DNA of 64,000 bases from Candidatus Cloacimonadales bacterium (GCA_963665815.1 OY762463.1:2912001-2976000); one strand, 5' to 3'. Counted from the first letter of the stretch, positions 32,644 to 43,490 are shown. Numbers and translations: made by a program. The notes: generated by a model not told the origin, from the sequence alone.

Positions 32644-33206
32644 GAAAAAAGATACATATCATGAGACACGCACATTCGTCTCATCTTGTGAGTGGTTTTA
32701 AAGGTATAATGAATGTCAGAGATTATTTTATAAGGCAGAATTCCTGGCAATATGCCGAGTTTACCGAGAAAGGTAAGAGACAAATGGATGAGGTTGTTAA
32801 AAAGGTGAAAATCAACTTCAATACCGTTTTTTCCAGCCCTGTTAAAAGATGTATAGAAACTGCAAAATACTTCAAGGAAGAAAGCGAGATAATTATTGAT
32901 AAAAGACTTATTGAGGTACAAGCTGATCAGATGACAGCTCCCGGTTTTTTTAAGATGTCCCCAAGAGCATGGATCATTTATTTCTCTTTTGTGACGTTAT
33001 TCAGAAAAAGAGTAATTGATATCCTGAGAGAAACAAAAGAAATGATGTTTCAACTGGCAGGATGTAATGGACCAGTACTGGCAGTAAGTCATGAATTCAG
33101 AATGATAATTTTTTATCTTATCGCAAAAATCCACCCCAGATGGAAAGTTATTAAAAAAGATTTTTCCACAACAGGATTTCTCATTCTGGAATACAAAAAC
33201 AAATAA
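32640..33206 (+). CDS. Histidine phosphatase superfamily protein
   Basis: MRHA, FSSPVKRCIETA, DKRLIE, VSH. Confidence 0.75.
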   Translation: MRKKIHIMRHAHSSHLVSGFKGIMNVRDYFIRQNSWQYAEFTEKGKRQMDEVVKKVKINFNTVFSSPVKRCIETAKYFKEESEIIIDKRLIEVQADQMTAPGFFKMSPRAWIIYFSFVTLFRKRVIDILRETKEMMFQLAGCNGPVLAVSHEFRMIIFYLIAKIHPRWKVIKKDFSTTGFLILEYKNK

Positions 33207-33262
33207 TGATTGACAAGTACAGATAAAATTTGCTTCTTCATGTATTTAGAAAGGAGTGTAAC

Positions 33263-33553
33263 ATGAAAGCCAAAAAAGAAAATGTGAAAAGTAATCCGAT
33301 CTTATCAAATTTAATTGGCATGTCTTTTGATCTGGTCAAACATGTGATTAAAGACTTTGAGCAGGCTCGCAGTGTAAAGAAAATTGATAAGTTCAATGAA
33401 CAGTTTTCTACTATAGAGCACCTGCTGGTTAAGCTTGAATCTAAAGTTGATAAAAACCGCAAAGAAATTCATGATCTGAAAACAAAACTTCTTGTTTCGT
33501 CAGTGATTTCAATTGCACTTTCAATAACAATTCTGCTTCAGATTATTTTTTAA
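33263..33553 (+). CDS. Hypothetical coiled-coil protein with C-terminal TM anchor
   Basis: ATG 33263 after AAGGAG; hydrophobic C-terminus. Confidence 0.65.
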   Translation: MKAKKENVKSNPILSNLIGMSFDLVKHVIKDFEQARSVKKIDKFNEQFSTIEHLLVKLESKVDKNRKEIHDLKTKLLVSSVISIALSITILLQIIF

Positions 33554-33562
33554 GAGCATTGT

Positions 33563-36271
33563 ATGAACAGACTGATTCTGATCGATGGAACGGCAATAAT
33601 CTACAGATCCTATTACGCATTTATAAAACGCCCTCTGATTAACAGCAAAGGAATGAATACAAGTGCCGTTTATGGAACTATAAACACTTTTATTAAGCTT
33701 GTTTCAGACTTTTCGGCAGATAATGTTGTAATATCCTTCGATCGGAAAGAGCCTACATTCAGGCATAAAATGTACAAAGAGTACAAGGCTAACAGACCTC
33801 CCATGCCGGATGATCTTGTAAGTCAGCTTAAACCTGTATCTGATTTCTTCAGGGAAATTGATGTTCTGGAAATATCTATTCCCGGTTTCGAAGCCGATGA
33901 CATTATTGCTTCTCTTGCAGAGAAATATAAGAATGACTTCGAAATCCTGATGGTAACAGGTGATAAGGATTATTTACAGCTTCTTGATGATAATGTTTCA
34001 ATTTTCGATCCGTTTAAAAGTAATATTAAGGATTTGGAATATCTTCAGGAAAAATATGAGATTAAAAGCGACCAGTTTATAGATTTTCTGGCAATTACAG
34101 GTGATACAGCCGATAACGTGCCCGGGATTAAGGGAATAGGTGAGAAGGGCGCATTAAAACTCCTTCATGAATATGGAACTCTCGAAAACATCTATGAGAA
34201 TATAGATAACATCAAATCCAAGTCTATTGTCAAGAAACTTGAGGAATCCAGAGAAAATGCTTTTCTGTCCAAAGACCTTGTCAGAATAGACAGACATGTT
34301 CCATTAAACATTAAGGATGATAAACAAGTTGAGTTTGACAGAAAGAAGCTGATGAATGCTGTTCCGTTTTTGGAAGAGTACGAAATATCCTCGCTTGTTA
34401 AAAGAATAAGAAGTGTTGTTCCTGAAGAATCTTTGTTTGAAATGATGGGAGTTCAGGAAGAAAATGGATCTGACACAATTAAGCTTGAATATGAACTTAT
34501 TGAAAACAACTCCGAGTTTGATGAACTTGTTCAGATTCTGAGGAAACACGATAAGGTTGCAATTGACACGGAAACAACCTCTGTGCATCCTGTTGAAGCT
34601 GAGATTGTAGGTATATCGGTATCAACAGACTCATGTGGATATTACATACCGTTGAGTCATAAAATGTATGTGAATCTTGATAAGGGTTATGTAATTGAGT
34701 CTTTGAGAAAAAACCTGAAAGGCAAAATGCTTATTGGTCATAACATCAAGTATGATATGCAGATTTTTGAGAAATATGGATGGGTAATAGATAACAAAAT
34801 TTTTGATACGATGATAGCATCTTATCTTATTGATCCACAACTGATGCAGCATAACATGGATAAGTGTGCTGAACGTGAACTGAATTATGAAACTGTTCCG
34901 ATCAGTAATCTTATAGGTAAAGGAAAAAAGCAGATTACATTTGATCTTGTTGATGTTCCAACTGCTGCAAAGTATGCTGCAGAAGATGCCTTTGTAACAT
35001 ATAAACTGTATGAAGTCTATAACAGACGTCTTAAAGAACTTGAACTGGTTGAACTTTTTGAAAATATTGAGATACCACTTGTAGAAGTTCTTAAATCCAT
35101 GGAAAATACAGGGGTATTCGTATCAGAAGAAATTCTTGGAAATCTTTCTAAAGAAGCCGGAGCAAGATTGTCCGAATTGACAAAGTGGATATATGATAAA
35201 GCAGGTTATCCATTCAACATCAATTCTACTCAGCAATTAGCAAAACTTCTCTTTGATGAAATGAAGATTCCTCCTGTCAAGAAAACGAAAACAGGTTATT
35301 CTACAGATAACTCTGTATTGGAAAAACTTGCTGAAAACTACGAAATTGCTGAAAAACTCATTGAATACAGAATGCTCAATAAACTGGAATCAACATACAT
35401 AAAAGCATTACCAAAGTTGATCTCAGGCAGAACTGGCAGAGTCCACAGCTCATTTAATCAAACTGTTGCTTCAACAGGTAGACTGAGCAGCTCAAATCCT
35501 AATTTGCAGAATATCCCTATTCGCTCAGAGTTCGGAAGACGTATCAGAAATGCTTTTACTGTATCTGATTCTGATTATGTAATTCTGGCAGCAGATTATT
35601 CTCAGGTAGAACTTCGTGTAATGGCTTTACTCTCCGGTGATGAAAATCTCATTTCTGCTTTCCGTAATAACGAAGATATTCACACTCAAACAGCTTCTCT
35701 GGTATTCAATGTGACTAAAGAAGAAGTTACTTCCGGTCAGAGAGCTCAGGCAAAGGCAGTCAATTTTGGTATTATCTATGGAATGGGATACGTAAGACTT
35801 TCTCAGGAGCTGGGAATCAGCAGAAATGATGCAAAGGCATTTATCGAAAATTATTTTGCGAAATTTTCGGCAATCAAAGAATATATGGATAGGCAGACAG
35901 AATTTGTGAAGTCTAACGGTTATACATCAACACTATTCGGAAGAAAGTTGTATCTACCCGGTATAAACAGCACTGATAACAGAACAGCCGGAGATGCAGC
36001 ACGAGTGGCTATAAATATGCCGATTCAAGGAACGGCTGCTGATATTATCAAACTTGCTATGATAAATATTCACGATCAAATTATAGATAATCCTTGTATT
36101 AAAATGATTCTTCAGGTTCACGATGAGTTAGTTTTTGAAGTTCATAAAGATAAGCTTGAAGAAGCAAAATCTCTAATTAAAACTGCCATGGAGAATGTTG
36201 AGATACCAAATTCTTCAGTACCCTTCAAAGTAGACATTGGGACAGGTGTAAACTGGTTTGATGCTCATTAG
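33563..36271 (+). CDS. polA: DNA polymerase I
   Basis: 5'-3' exonuclease (LIDG, EADD, GDTADNVPG), 3'-5' exonuclease DTETT, TGRLSSSNPNLQNIP, ADYSQVELR, QVHDEL. Confidence 0.97.
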   Translation: MNRLILIDGTAIIYRSYYAFIKRPLINSKGMNTSAVYGTINTFIKLVSDFSADNVVISFDRKEPTFRHKMYKEYKANRPPMPDDLVSQLKPVSDFFREIDVLEISIPGFEADDIIASLAEKYKNDFEILMVTGDKDYLQLLDDNVSIFDPFKSNIKDLEYLQEKYEIKSDQFIDFLAITGDTADNVPGIKGIGEKGALKLLHEYGTLENIYENIDNIKSKSIVKKLEESRENAFLSKDLVRIDRHVPLNIKDDKQVEFDRKKLMNAVPFLEEYEISSLVKRIRSVVPEESLFEMMGVQEENGSDTIKLEYELIENNSEFDELVQILRKHDKVAIDTETTSVHPVEAEIVGISVSTDSCGYYIPLSHKMYVNLDKGYVIESLRKNLKGKMLIGHNIKYDMQIFEKYGWVIDNKIFDTMIASYLIDPQLMQHNMDKCAERELNYETVPISNLIGKGKKQITFDLVDVPTAAKYAAEDAFVTYKLYEVYNRRLKELELVELFENIEIPLVEVLKSMENTGVFVSEEILGNLSKEAGARLSELTKWIYDKAGYPFNINSTQQLAKLLFDEMKIPPVKKTKTGYSTDNSVLEKLAENYEIAEKLIEYRMLNKLESTYIKALPKLISGRTGRVHSSFNQTVASTGRLSSSNPNLQNIPIRSEFGRRIRNAFTVSDSDYVILAADYSQVELRVMALLSGDENLISAFRNNEDIHTQTASLVFNVTKEEVTSGQRAQAKAVNFGIIYGMGYVRLSQELGISRNDAKAFIENYFAKFSAIKEYMDRQTEFVKSNGYTSTLFGRKLYLPGINSTDNRTAGDAARVAINMPIQGTAADIIKLAMINIHDQIIDNPCIKMILQVHDELVFEVHKDKLEEAKSLIKTAMENVEIPNSSVPFKVDIGTGVNWFDAH

Positions 36272-36552
36272 TATTAAGAGAGTCAATAAATTACAAACTA
36301 TCAATGAAATACTTTCATTATCAAAAAAATATTATAAGGGTCTAATCATAAAGGACATTTGCTTTTGAATATACTTTCCTTTAAATACGTTACATACCCT
36401 AAACTATTAATAAACAAATACTTAACAAATAATTAACACAAAAAAAAATAACAAAAGAGTTTGACATTTTATAGTCTATTCTGCCAAATTAAATGCTGCT
36501 TAAAAAAGCATAGTTTACGAAAATATAAAAAAATCTTAAAAAGGAGTTACTG

Positions 36553-39500
36553 ATGAAAGGAAAAGTAAGTGTTTTTACTTTGTTTCTCATCTGCATGATG
36601 GTAAGCAGTTTATTTGCAACAGACCATTTTGTGGAAAGCTTTGAGAATCCTGATTCCTGGAGTAGTTATACTACAGGTACTGTTACGTTTGACAGTGGTC
36701 CATGGGAATTTGTTTCTGTTTATCCGGAAGCATCTTCAAACTCATATGATGGAGTCAAAGCATGTCGTATTAATGATGATACAGCCGGAGCTTCAATTAC
36801 TGCTCCAGCAGTAAACACAGCCGGAACAATATCATTTTACTATCACAGACCATTTACAGGAACAGGTAGTTTCATACTTCAGAAATCAACTGATGGCGGA
36901 ACAACATTCGTTGATCTTGATACAGTAAATTTTGATAATGTAACAACACCAACTTACTATAGTTACAACGTTAATGACATGAGCTCAAGTGTTATTCTTA
37001 AAATATTGAATGATGATAATACTGCTCATTTAGCAATTGATTATGTTACCGTTACCGATTTCAGTGGCGTAGCTGATCCAGTAGCAAATCTCAGTCTCAG
37101 TGCTAACACCGGTACTGAAGCTGACCAGACTGTAATAACTGTTACAGCTACTACAGACATGGCTGTTACCGGAGATAAAACTGTTGATGTAGTTGTTTCC
37201 GGAGCAGGTATTGACGGAGACGATTACGTACTTTCCAATACAGTTCTTACAATTGCTGATGGAACTACTTCAGGTAACGTCACTTTTACAGTAAGTGATG
37301 ATACAGTCTATGAAGGTGATGAAACTGCAACAATCTCAATCACAAATCCTTCTGCAGGTTTAAGTCTTGGTACAACAACCTCAGATGATGTTGCAATTGT
37401 TGATAATGACACTCCTTCTATTCCTTTGACAGAAGATTTCGAATCAAACTCACTTGGAGTATTCACAGCATACAGCTCTGCTTCCGATAGAGACTGGTAC
37501 ACCGATGTATACAATAGCAACTACTTTGCAAAAATTAGTGGTTTCGGTGGGAACGAAGACTCAGACGACTGGATGATTTCACCTGTTCTTGATCTTTCCG
37601 CTGCTACAGCTCCACAGATAACATTTGATAATACTTTTAATTATGATGGTCCGGATCTTGAACTTGTAGTTTCTACAGATTACGATGGTGTATCCGATCC
37701 TGCAACTCAGGGAACATGGACATCACTCACTTATACATTGTCAACTGGTGACTGGGTATGGGCATCTTCAGGAGCAGTAGATCTTACTCCTTATATCAGC
37801 AGTGCGACTTATGTGGCATTTCATTATACTTCAGATGCAACAGGTGCTAAAACCTGGGAAATTGATAACATTGTAATTGAAGAAGCTCCTGCACTTCCTG
37901 TTGTTACACTCAGCTTAGGTGATAATGCAGGTACAGAAGCAGACCAGACAGTTATTACTGTTACAGCGGTTGCAAATGCAGCTGTTTCCGGTGCACAAAC
38001 TGTTGACTTGGCAGTTTCCGGTACAGGAATTGATGGAAACGATTATGTCCTTTCTAATACAACAATTACAATTGCAGACGGTACAACTTCAGGTAGCGTT
38101 ACATTCACAATAAGTGATGATGCTGATTATGAAGGAACGGAAACAGCTACACTTACAATTTCAAATCCTTCAGCAGGAATCGTTCTTGGAACACCTGACT
38201 CAGATACAATTGCAATAACAGATAATGATGTGTTTGTTGCAACATTACCTTTTGTCGAAGATTTTGAATCTCAGACACTTGGTGTATTTACAGCATACAG
38301 TGCTGCAAGTAACAGAGACTGGGGTCCTGCATCATACAATAACAACTACTATGCATATGTAAATGGATATGGTGGAGATGCTCCTTCAAATGACTGGTTG
38401 ATTTCTCCTGTATTCGATCTTTCTACAACAGCTGCCCCATATGTAATGTTCGATAATGCTAAAAACTATAATGGTCCGGATTTAGAAATTAAGGTTTCTA
38501 CTGACTACGATGGTAGTTCTGATCCTACAACACAAGGTACCTGGACAACTCTTACCTACAATATGTCCGGTGGAAGCTGGGCTTGGGTATCATCAGGAGT
38601 AATAGATCTTTCTTCATATATCAGTACAACAACCTATGTTGCATTCCATTACACATCAGATGCTGGTGCGTCTGCCTGGGAAATTGATAATATTGTTGTG
38701 GAAGACATGGGTAACTTACCTGTTGTTGAATTATCAATAGATGTTGAAACCGGTTTTGAAAATGTTGGAACAGTTGTAACTTGTACAGCAACTGCCAGCG
38801 ATCCAGTATCCGGAGCACAGACAGTGACAATCGGATTCAGTGGAACAAACATTGATGCTAATGACGGTTCACTCTCAAATACAACAATTACTATTGCTGA
38901 TGGTGCTACTACAGGTAGTGTAACATATACAATACTTAATGACACAGATCTTGAAGGAACTGAATATGCTGTTCTCACAATTTCTAATGCTTCAGCAGGA
39001 ATTACAATAGGTAATGCAGATTCTCAAACTGTAACAATAGTAGATAATGAAAGTGCTACAATTCCATATACAGAAACATTTGAGAATGATGATTTCGGTT
39101 ATTGGAGACCATATAGTGTTATTGGAGACCAGTCCTGGTATATAACTGGATCCGGAGCAGAAGGATCTTCTTTCTCTGCAAAGATGAATGGATATTCCGG
39201 TGGAACTCAGCTTAATGAAGACTGGTTGATTTCTCCTCCAATCGATTTCAATAGCTCTTCAAACGAAGAATTGCAATTCTACACAAGCTGGAGCTATGGA
39301 AACAACGATGCAACAGATTATCTTAAAGTAATGTACTCAACTGATTTCTCAGTTGAAATGAATCCTTCAACCGCAACATGGACTGAACTCACATTTGACT
39401 TTGCTGCATCGTCTGATACATGGCAGCAGACAACAGCAATTGATATCAGTACAATCGGCGGAACAGGTTATATCGCATTCAAATACAGATCAGAAACAGC

Positions 39501-42006
39501 AGCAAGAGGTTGGTTGATTGATAATATCGAGCTCAGAGAGCAAGTTATTATTCCTACACCTAATCCTGTTAACAATCTGGCGTATGGCAGCGAAACACAG
39601 AGCGATGTTAATATTACCTGGAACCAGCCTACCGGTGTTCACAATACAGATTGGTCTGGTGTAGTTGTATTTGTTTCAGATAACCAGTTTGAAAACATTC
39701 TTACTAATAACTCAATAGATAACTCAGCTTATTCAAGCAATCTTGCATATGGTACTGTAACTTCACAAATGCAGGCTGATGATGCAGGAAATTACGGTTA
39801 TTGTGTATATAATGGTAATACTGACGATGCAGGTAACATAACAGTTACAGGACTCAATGGTAATACAACATATTACGTTGCTGCTTATGCATATTACGAA
39901 AATGGAACAACTGACTCATGGTCATCATTATCTAATATCGCATTCACAACAACAGGTGTTGCTGATATCGCAAACTTTGATGTTCAGTATATCACATACG
40001 ACCATGTAAGCTTTACCTGGGATGCAATGACATCAGAATCTGTTGTTATAATTGCCAGTGAAAGCGGAGCAATCACTTCAGTTCCTTCTGTAGATCCTGC
40101 AACATTATCAGCAGGTTCCAATGTATTTGGTAACGGAACAGAATTAAATACAGGTGAATTTGTTGTATACAAGGGTACAACAAATCAGGCAACAATTACT
40201 TTAACATCTCAAAACAACTATTATTTCAAAGCATACACATATATTGGAACAACATGGGGTAACGGATTCGAATCAAACCCTTCATCTATTACACCGGAAC
40301 CACAACCTGTAACAAACTTTTCATCAGTTCCCGGAGACGGAGAAGTCACACTCAACTGGAATAACTACTCCGGATCATCTTCAGGTTGGTGGGATGGTGG
40401 AGTCGTTGTAGTAATGAACGCTGCAATGGCTGTAGATATCACAAAATCAGATCTTAACGGTTCAGGTTTCGGAAGTTCAGACTTCTCAGTTAACGATGAT
40501 TTATATGCAAATCACGGAATAGGAACTCAAGCTGGTAACATAGTTGTATACAAAGGTACAGCTGAAACTGCTACAATCACAGGTTTAACAAACTGGACAA
40601 ACTATCACTTTGCAATATTCACAAATGATGGTACAGCTTTAAGTCCAAGTTACTGGTCAGATGTTGAAGTTGCAGAAGAGACTCCGGAAGTTCCTGGATC
40701 AGATCTTGCAGCCGGTGATATTGCTATCACAGGTTACAATGCTGATACATACGATGACTTCTCATTTGTACTCTTAGAAGATGTATTGCCGAATACTCAA
40801 ATTCATTTCACTGATCATGGTTGGACAACTGCTGAAGCATTCCGTGCTTCTGAAAATGTTGTAACATGGAATAGTGGAACTTCTTCACTTAGTGCAGGAA
40901 CTCATATCAGAGTTTATGAAGATACATCAAATAACCCTCTAACAGATGTTGGAACAGTTTCAGGGGATTTACCTGCACTTTCATCATCTGGTGACCAGTT
41001 ATTCGCATTCCAGGGTGATGAAGCTACTCCAGTTCTTCTTGCCGGTCTTCAAATGAACGGTGCATGGGATGCAGAAGCTTCAAGTTCTAATACTTCTATT
41101 CTTCCTGCAGCACTTACTGAAGGACTCCATGCAATGGCAATTGATCCTGAAGTTGATAATGCTGTATACAACATGTCTGTTGTTTCAGGAACAAAAGAAC
41201 AACTGCTTGCAGCTATCTATAACCCGGCTAACTGGTTGACAGATAACAGCACAGCGTTCACTCTTCCTCCAACCGGAGCATTTGTACTTGCAGGACTTAA
41301 CACATATGCAAAAGCAAAAGTATTCCTTGCAGGTCCTTATAATACAACTACATCAAGCATGGATGATGTTCTTGATGTGAACAACTATCTTCCTCTGCAA
41401 TCTCCATACATTGATTCATTAACAATCACAAGTATGCCGGACAGCATTGTAGACTGGGTTTATGTTGAACTCAGAGATCAGATTGATAACATTGTTGAAG
41501 GTAAATCAATGCTTCTCAAAACTGATGGTACAGTTGTTGATGGTGATTACTCAGGTGATGATGACATTGACTTCATGAAATTCAACGCTGATGAAGGTGA
41601 TTACTATCTTGTAATTCATCACAGAAATCACATTGGAATTATGTCTTCAACAACAATCACAACTGTTACTTCTTCTGCTTCAGCAACAGTTTATAACTTC
41701 ACAACCAGCTCAGCTTCAGCTTATACAAGTGGTCCTGTTGCTATGAGTGAAGTTGAAACAGGTGTCTGGGCAATGACTGCCGGTGATGTTAATCATGACG
41801 GATCTATTCTCGTAAGTGATGCAACCATGTGGCAGGAAGCATTCAGTGCCGGAACTGCTGATGGATATCATAACGCAGATGTAAACATGGATGGATCAGT
41901 AATCGCAAGTGATAACACTATGTGGGTTGCTACATTCCAGGGTGGTGCTGCTGACTGTCAAATTCCTGCTGCGGAAGGTGACCAGTGGATGCCTACAGAA
42001 GAATAA
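36553..42006 (+). CDS. 1817-aa secreted modular protein: 3x [Calx-beta-like + cleaved-adhesin/DUF5017-like], FN3-like repeats, C-terminal dockerin-like module
   Basis: Signal peptide; repeated DD.YEG.ETAT..ISNPS and DWLISP.DL motifs; GDVNHDGSILVSD and ADVNMDGSVIASD at the C-terminus. Confidence 0.8.
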   Translation: MKGKVSVFTLFLICMMVSSLFATDHFVESFENPDSWSSYTTGTVTFDSGPWEFVSVYPEASSNSYDGVKACRINDDTAGASITAPAVNTAGTISFYYHRPFTGTGSFILQKSTDGGTTFVDLDTVNFDNVTTPTYYSYNVNDMSSSVILKILNDDNTAHLAIDYVTVTDFSGVADPVANLSLSANTGTEADQTVITVTATTDMAVTGDKTVDVVVSGAGIDGDDYVLSNTVLTIADGTTSGNVTFTVSDDTVYEGDETATISITNPSAGLSLGTTTSDDVAIVDNDTPSIPLTEDFESNSLGVFTAYSSASDRDWYTDVYNSNYFAKISGFGGNEDSDDWMISPVLDLSAATAPQITFDNTFNYDGPDLELVVSTDYDGVSDPATQGTWTSLTYTLSTGDWVWASSGAVDLTPYISSATYVAFHYTSDATGAKTWEIDNIVIEEAPALPVVTLSLGDNAGTEADQTVITVTAVANAAVSGAQTVDLAVSGTGIDGNDYVLSNTTITIADGTTSGSVTFTISDDADYEGTETATLTISNPSAGIVLGTPDSDTIAITDNDVFVATLPFVEDFESQTLGVFTAYSAASNRDWGPASYNNNYYAYVNGYGGDAPSNDWLISPVFDLSTTAAPYVMFDNAKNYNGPDLEIKVSTDYDGSSDPTTQGTWTTLTYNMSGGSWAWVSSGVIDLSSYISTTTYVAFHYTSDAGASAWEIDNIVVEDMGNLPVVELSIDVETGFENVGTVVTCTATASDPVSGAQTVTIGFSGTNIDANDGSLSNTTITIADGATTGSVTYTILNDTDLEGTEYAVLTISNASAGITIGNADSQTVTIVDNESATIPYTETFENDDFGYWRPYSVIGDQSWYITGSGAEGSSFSAKMNGYSGGTQLNEDWLISPPIDFNSSSNEELQFYTSWSYGNNDATDYLKVMYSTDFSVEMNPSTATWTELTFDFAASSDTWQQTTAIDISTIGGTGYIAFKYRSETAARGWLIDNIELREQVIIPTPNPVNNLAYGSETQSDVNITWNQPTGVHNTDWSGVVVFVSDNQFENILTNNSIDNSAYSSNLAYGTVTSQMQADDAGNYGYCVYNGNTDDAGNITVTGLNGNTTYYVAAYAYYENGTTDSWSSLSNIAFTTTGVADIANFDVQYITYDHVSFTWDAMTSESVVIIASESGAITSVPSVDPATLSAGSNVFGNGTELNTGEFVVYKGTTNQATITLTSQNNYYFKAYTYIGTTWGNGFESNPSSITPEPQPVTNFSSVPGDGEVTLNWNNYSGSSSGWWDGGVVVVMNAAMAVDITKSDLNGSGFGSSDFSVNDDLYANHGIGTQAGNIVVYKGTAETATITGLTNWTNYHFAIFTNDGTALSPSYWSDVEVAEETPEVPGSDLAAGDIAITGYNADTYDDFSFVLLEDVLPNTQIHFTDHGWTTAEAFRASENVVTWNSGTSSLSAGTHIRVYEDTSNNPLTDVGTVSGDLPALSSSGDQLFAFQGDEATPVLLAGLQMNGAWDAEASSSNTSILPAALTEGLHAMAIDPEVDNAVYNMSVVSGTKEQLLAAIYNPANWLTDNSTAFTLPPTGAFVLAGLNTYAKAKVFLAGPYNTTTSSMDDVLDVNNYLPLQSPYIDSLTITSMPDSIVDWVYVELRDQIDNIVEGKSMLLKTDGTVVDGDYSGDDDIDFMKFNADEGDYYLVIHHRNHIGIMSSTTITTVTSSASATVYNFTTSSASAYTSGPVAMSEVETGVWAMTAGDVNHDGSILVSDATMWQEAFSAGTADGYHNADVNMDGSVIASDNTMWVATFQGGAADCQIPAAEGDQWMPTEE

Positions 42007-42028
42007 TCAATTCTTAATCTGATATATT

Positions 42029-42057
42029 GGCTGTCGGTTTCCGACAGCCTTTTTTTT
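42029..42057 (+). terminator. Rho-independent terminator
   Basis: GGCTGTCGG-TTT-CCGACAGCC followed by T8. Confidence 0.9.
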
Positions 42058-42078
42058 GTTATGCTGATATTGATTTTC

Positions 42079-42106
42079 TTGACACAAATCGAATTACTCT
42101 TATACT
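42079..42106 (+). promoter_or_regulatory. Sigma70-type promoter
   Basis: TTGACA-16 bp-TATACT upstream of the flavin reductase gene. Confidence 0.6.
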
Positions 42107-42216
42107 TTATTTAACAAACTGAGATCTTTGCATAATTGGACAGTCCCTCTATTTTTTTAATCAAAGCTGTTTGATTCTGTTGTTATGCAAAGCTTTTAAA
42201 CTATACAGGAGAGATT

Positions 42217-42756
42217 ATGAGAAAAGACACATTTCCAATTTACGATAGAATTTCATTTATTCTTGAGAAGCTTAAACGAGGAATACTTCTGACAACGAAG
42301 CATGATGGAAAAGTTAACACAATGTCAATTGGCTGGGGGCAAATCGGAATTGAATGGAACAGACTTTTTTTTGTAGCCCTGGTAAGAAAAGGTCGGTATA
42401 CACATGAAATGCTGGAGAAAAATGGTGAGTTCACAATCAATGTACCACTGCATGATGATTGTAACGATATCATTGGATATTGTGGATCTCACAGTGGAAG
42501 AGATACAGACAAAATTAAAGACCTGAATCTTACATTGGAAGACAGTTTGATTGTGAGTGTCCCCGGAATCGTTGAACTTCCGCTTACTCTGGAGTGTACT
42601 GTGCTTTACAAACAGGATCAGGATTTAAGTCTGCTGCCGGAACACCTCAGAAATCAGTTTTATCCTCAGGATAAAGGCAGTGCAGAATCAGGATCAAACC
42701 AAAACCTGCATACAATGTTTTATGGTGAAATAGAGAAATACTATGTTCTGGAATAG
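42217..42756 (+). CDS. Flavin reductase/flavoredoxin family protein
   Basis: NTMSIGWG, RYT, EFTINVP, CGSHSGRDTDK, HTMFYGEI. Confidence 0.88.
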   Translation: MRKDTFPIYDRISFILEKLKRGILLTTKHDGKVNTMSIGWGQIGIEWNRLFFVALVRKGRYTHEMLEKNGEFTINVPLHDDCNDIIGYCGSHSGRDTDKIKDLNLTLEDSLIVSVPGIVELPLTLECTVLYKQDQDLSLLPEHLRNQFYPQDKGSAESGSNQNLHTMFYGEIEKYYVLE

Positions 42757-42799
42757 TCTGAATGCAAAGAAAATATTATACATCTCCAGCCTGTAAAGC

Positions 42800-43460
42800 A
42801 CTGCTTAATGAGATAAGCTTTTCGACGCCAAGCGTCGCCAAAACGCTCTGCGTGTTGTGGAACACCTTCGCAATGGTACATAGACCTGTAGATGTTTTCG
42901 AAGAAATACATCCAGAATTGACGTAGATGTTTATGAAAGAACACATCCGGTGAAGTTCGCGAATGGTGGTCATAATATACTCTGAGAGCTATTTTGGAGT
43001 GCATTGACTGTTTCAATGCGAAATTATAAAAACCAAAACTATAAGGATTTAATTAACTTCAGGACTATGTAGAGACGTTGCATGCAACGTCGTTCTACAA
43101 ATCGAATAAATTCGATTTGACTCGATATTCCAAACGAGTGCATAGCAGAGACACAACATGAGGTTAATCATACGGAACAATGATTATTGTTCCCTACATA
43201 GCCGATGCATGCATCGGCTCTACAACAGTTGGATTGTTTCAGAGGAACACCTTCCAAATGGTACCTAGACTCGTAGATGTTTTCGAAGAAATACATCCAG
43301 TGAAGTTGGTAACGGTGTGACTTTTGATGGAAATGAAATGAGTGCTCCCTGAGTCCCGATTAAGCGGGGAATGGATTAGTTTTAAAATGAATGAAGCGAC
43401 AAAAATTACATGAAATTTTTGGGATTATGAAGACAACCGTCCGGTTGTCTCTACGCGGAA
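42800..43460. repeat. Mosaic of REP-like palindromes
   Basis: GTAGAGACGTTGCATGCAACGTC (43069), GGAACAATGATTATTGTTCCCTAC (43174), AGCCGATGCATGCATCGGCTCTAC (43200), GACAACCGTCCGGTTGTCTCTAC (about 43432); 42859-42915 is duplicated at 43243-43300. Confidence 0.75.
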
Positions 43461-43490
43461 CGAGGACTTTCTCTTTTCTGCAAAATTAAA

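Noticed and set aside
42130-42189. Integron attC site (GCATAAT...GTTATGC)
   Set aside because: R'' lacks AAC, the L boxes are not correctly spaced, it does not follow a cassette ORF, and there is no integrase.
42741-43016. Short minus-strand ORFs 42741-43016, 42776-42973 and 14346-14555
   Set aside because: They lie over palindromic repeat DNA and have no protein features.
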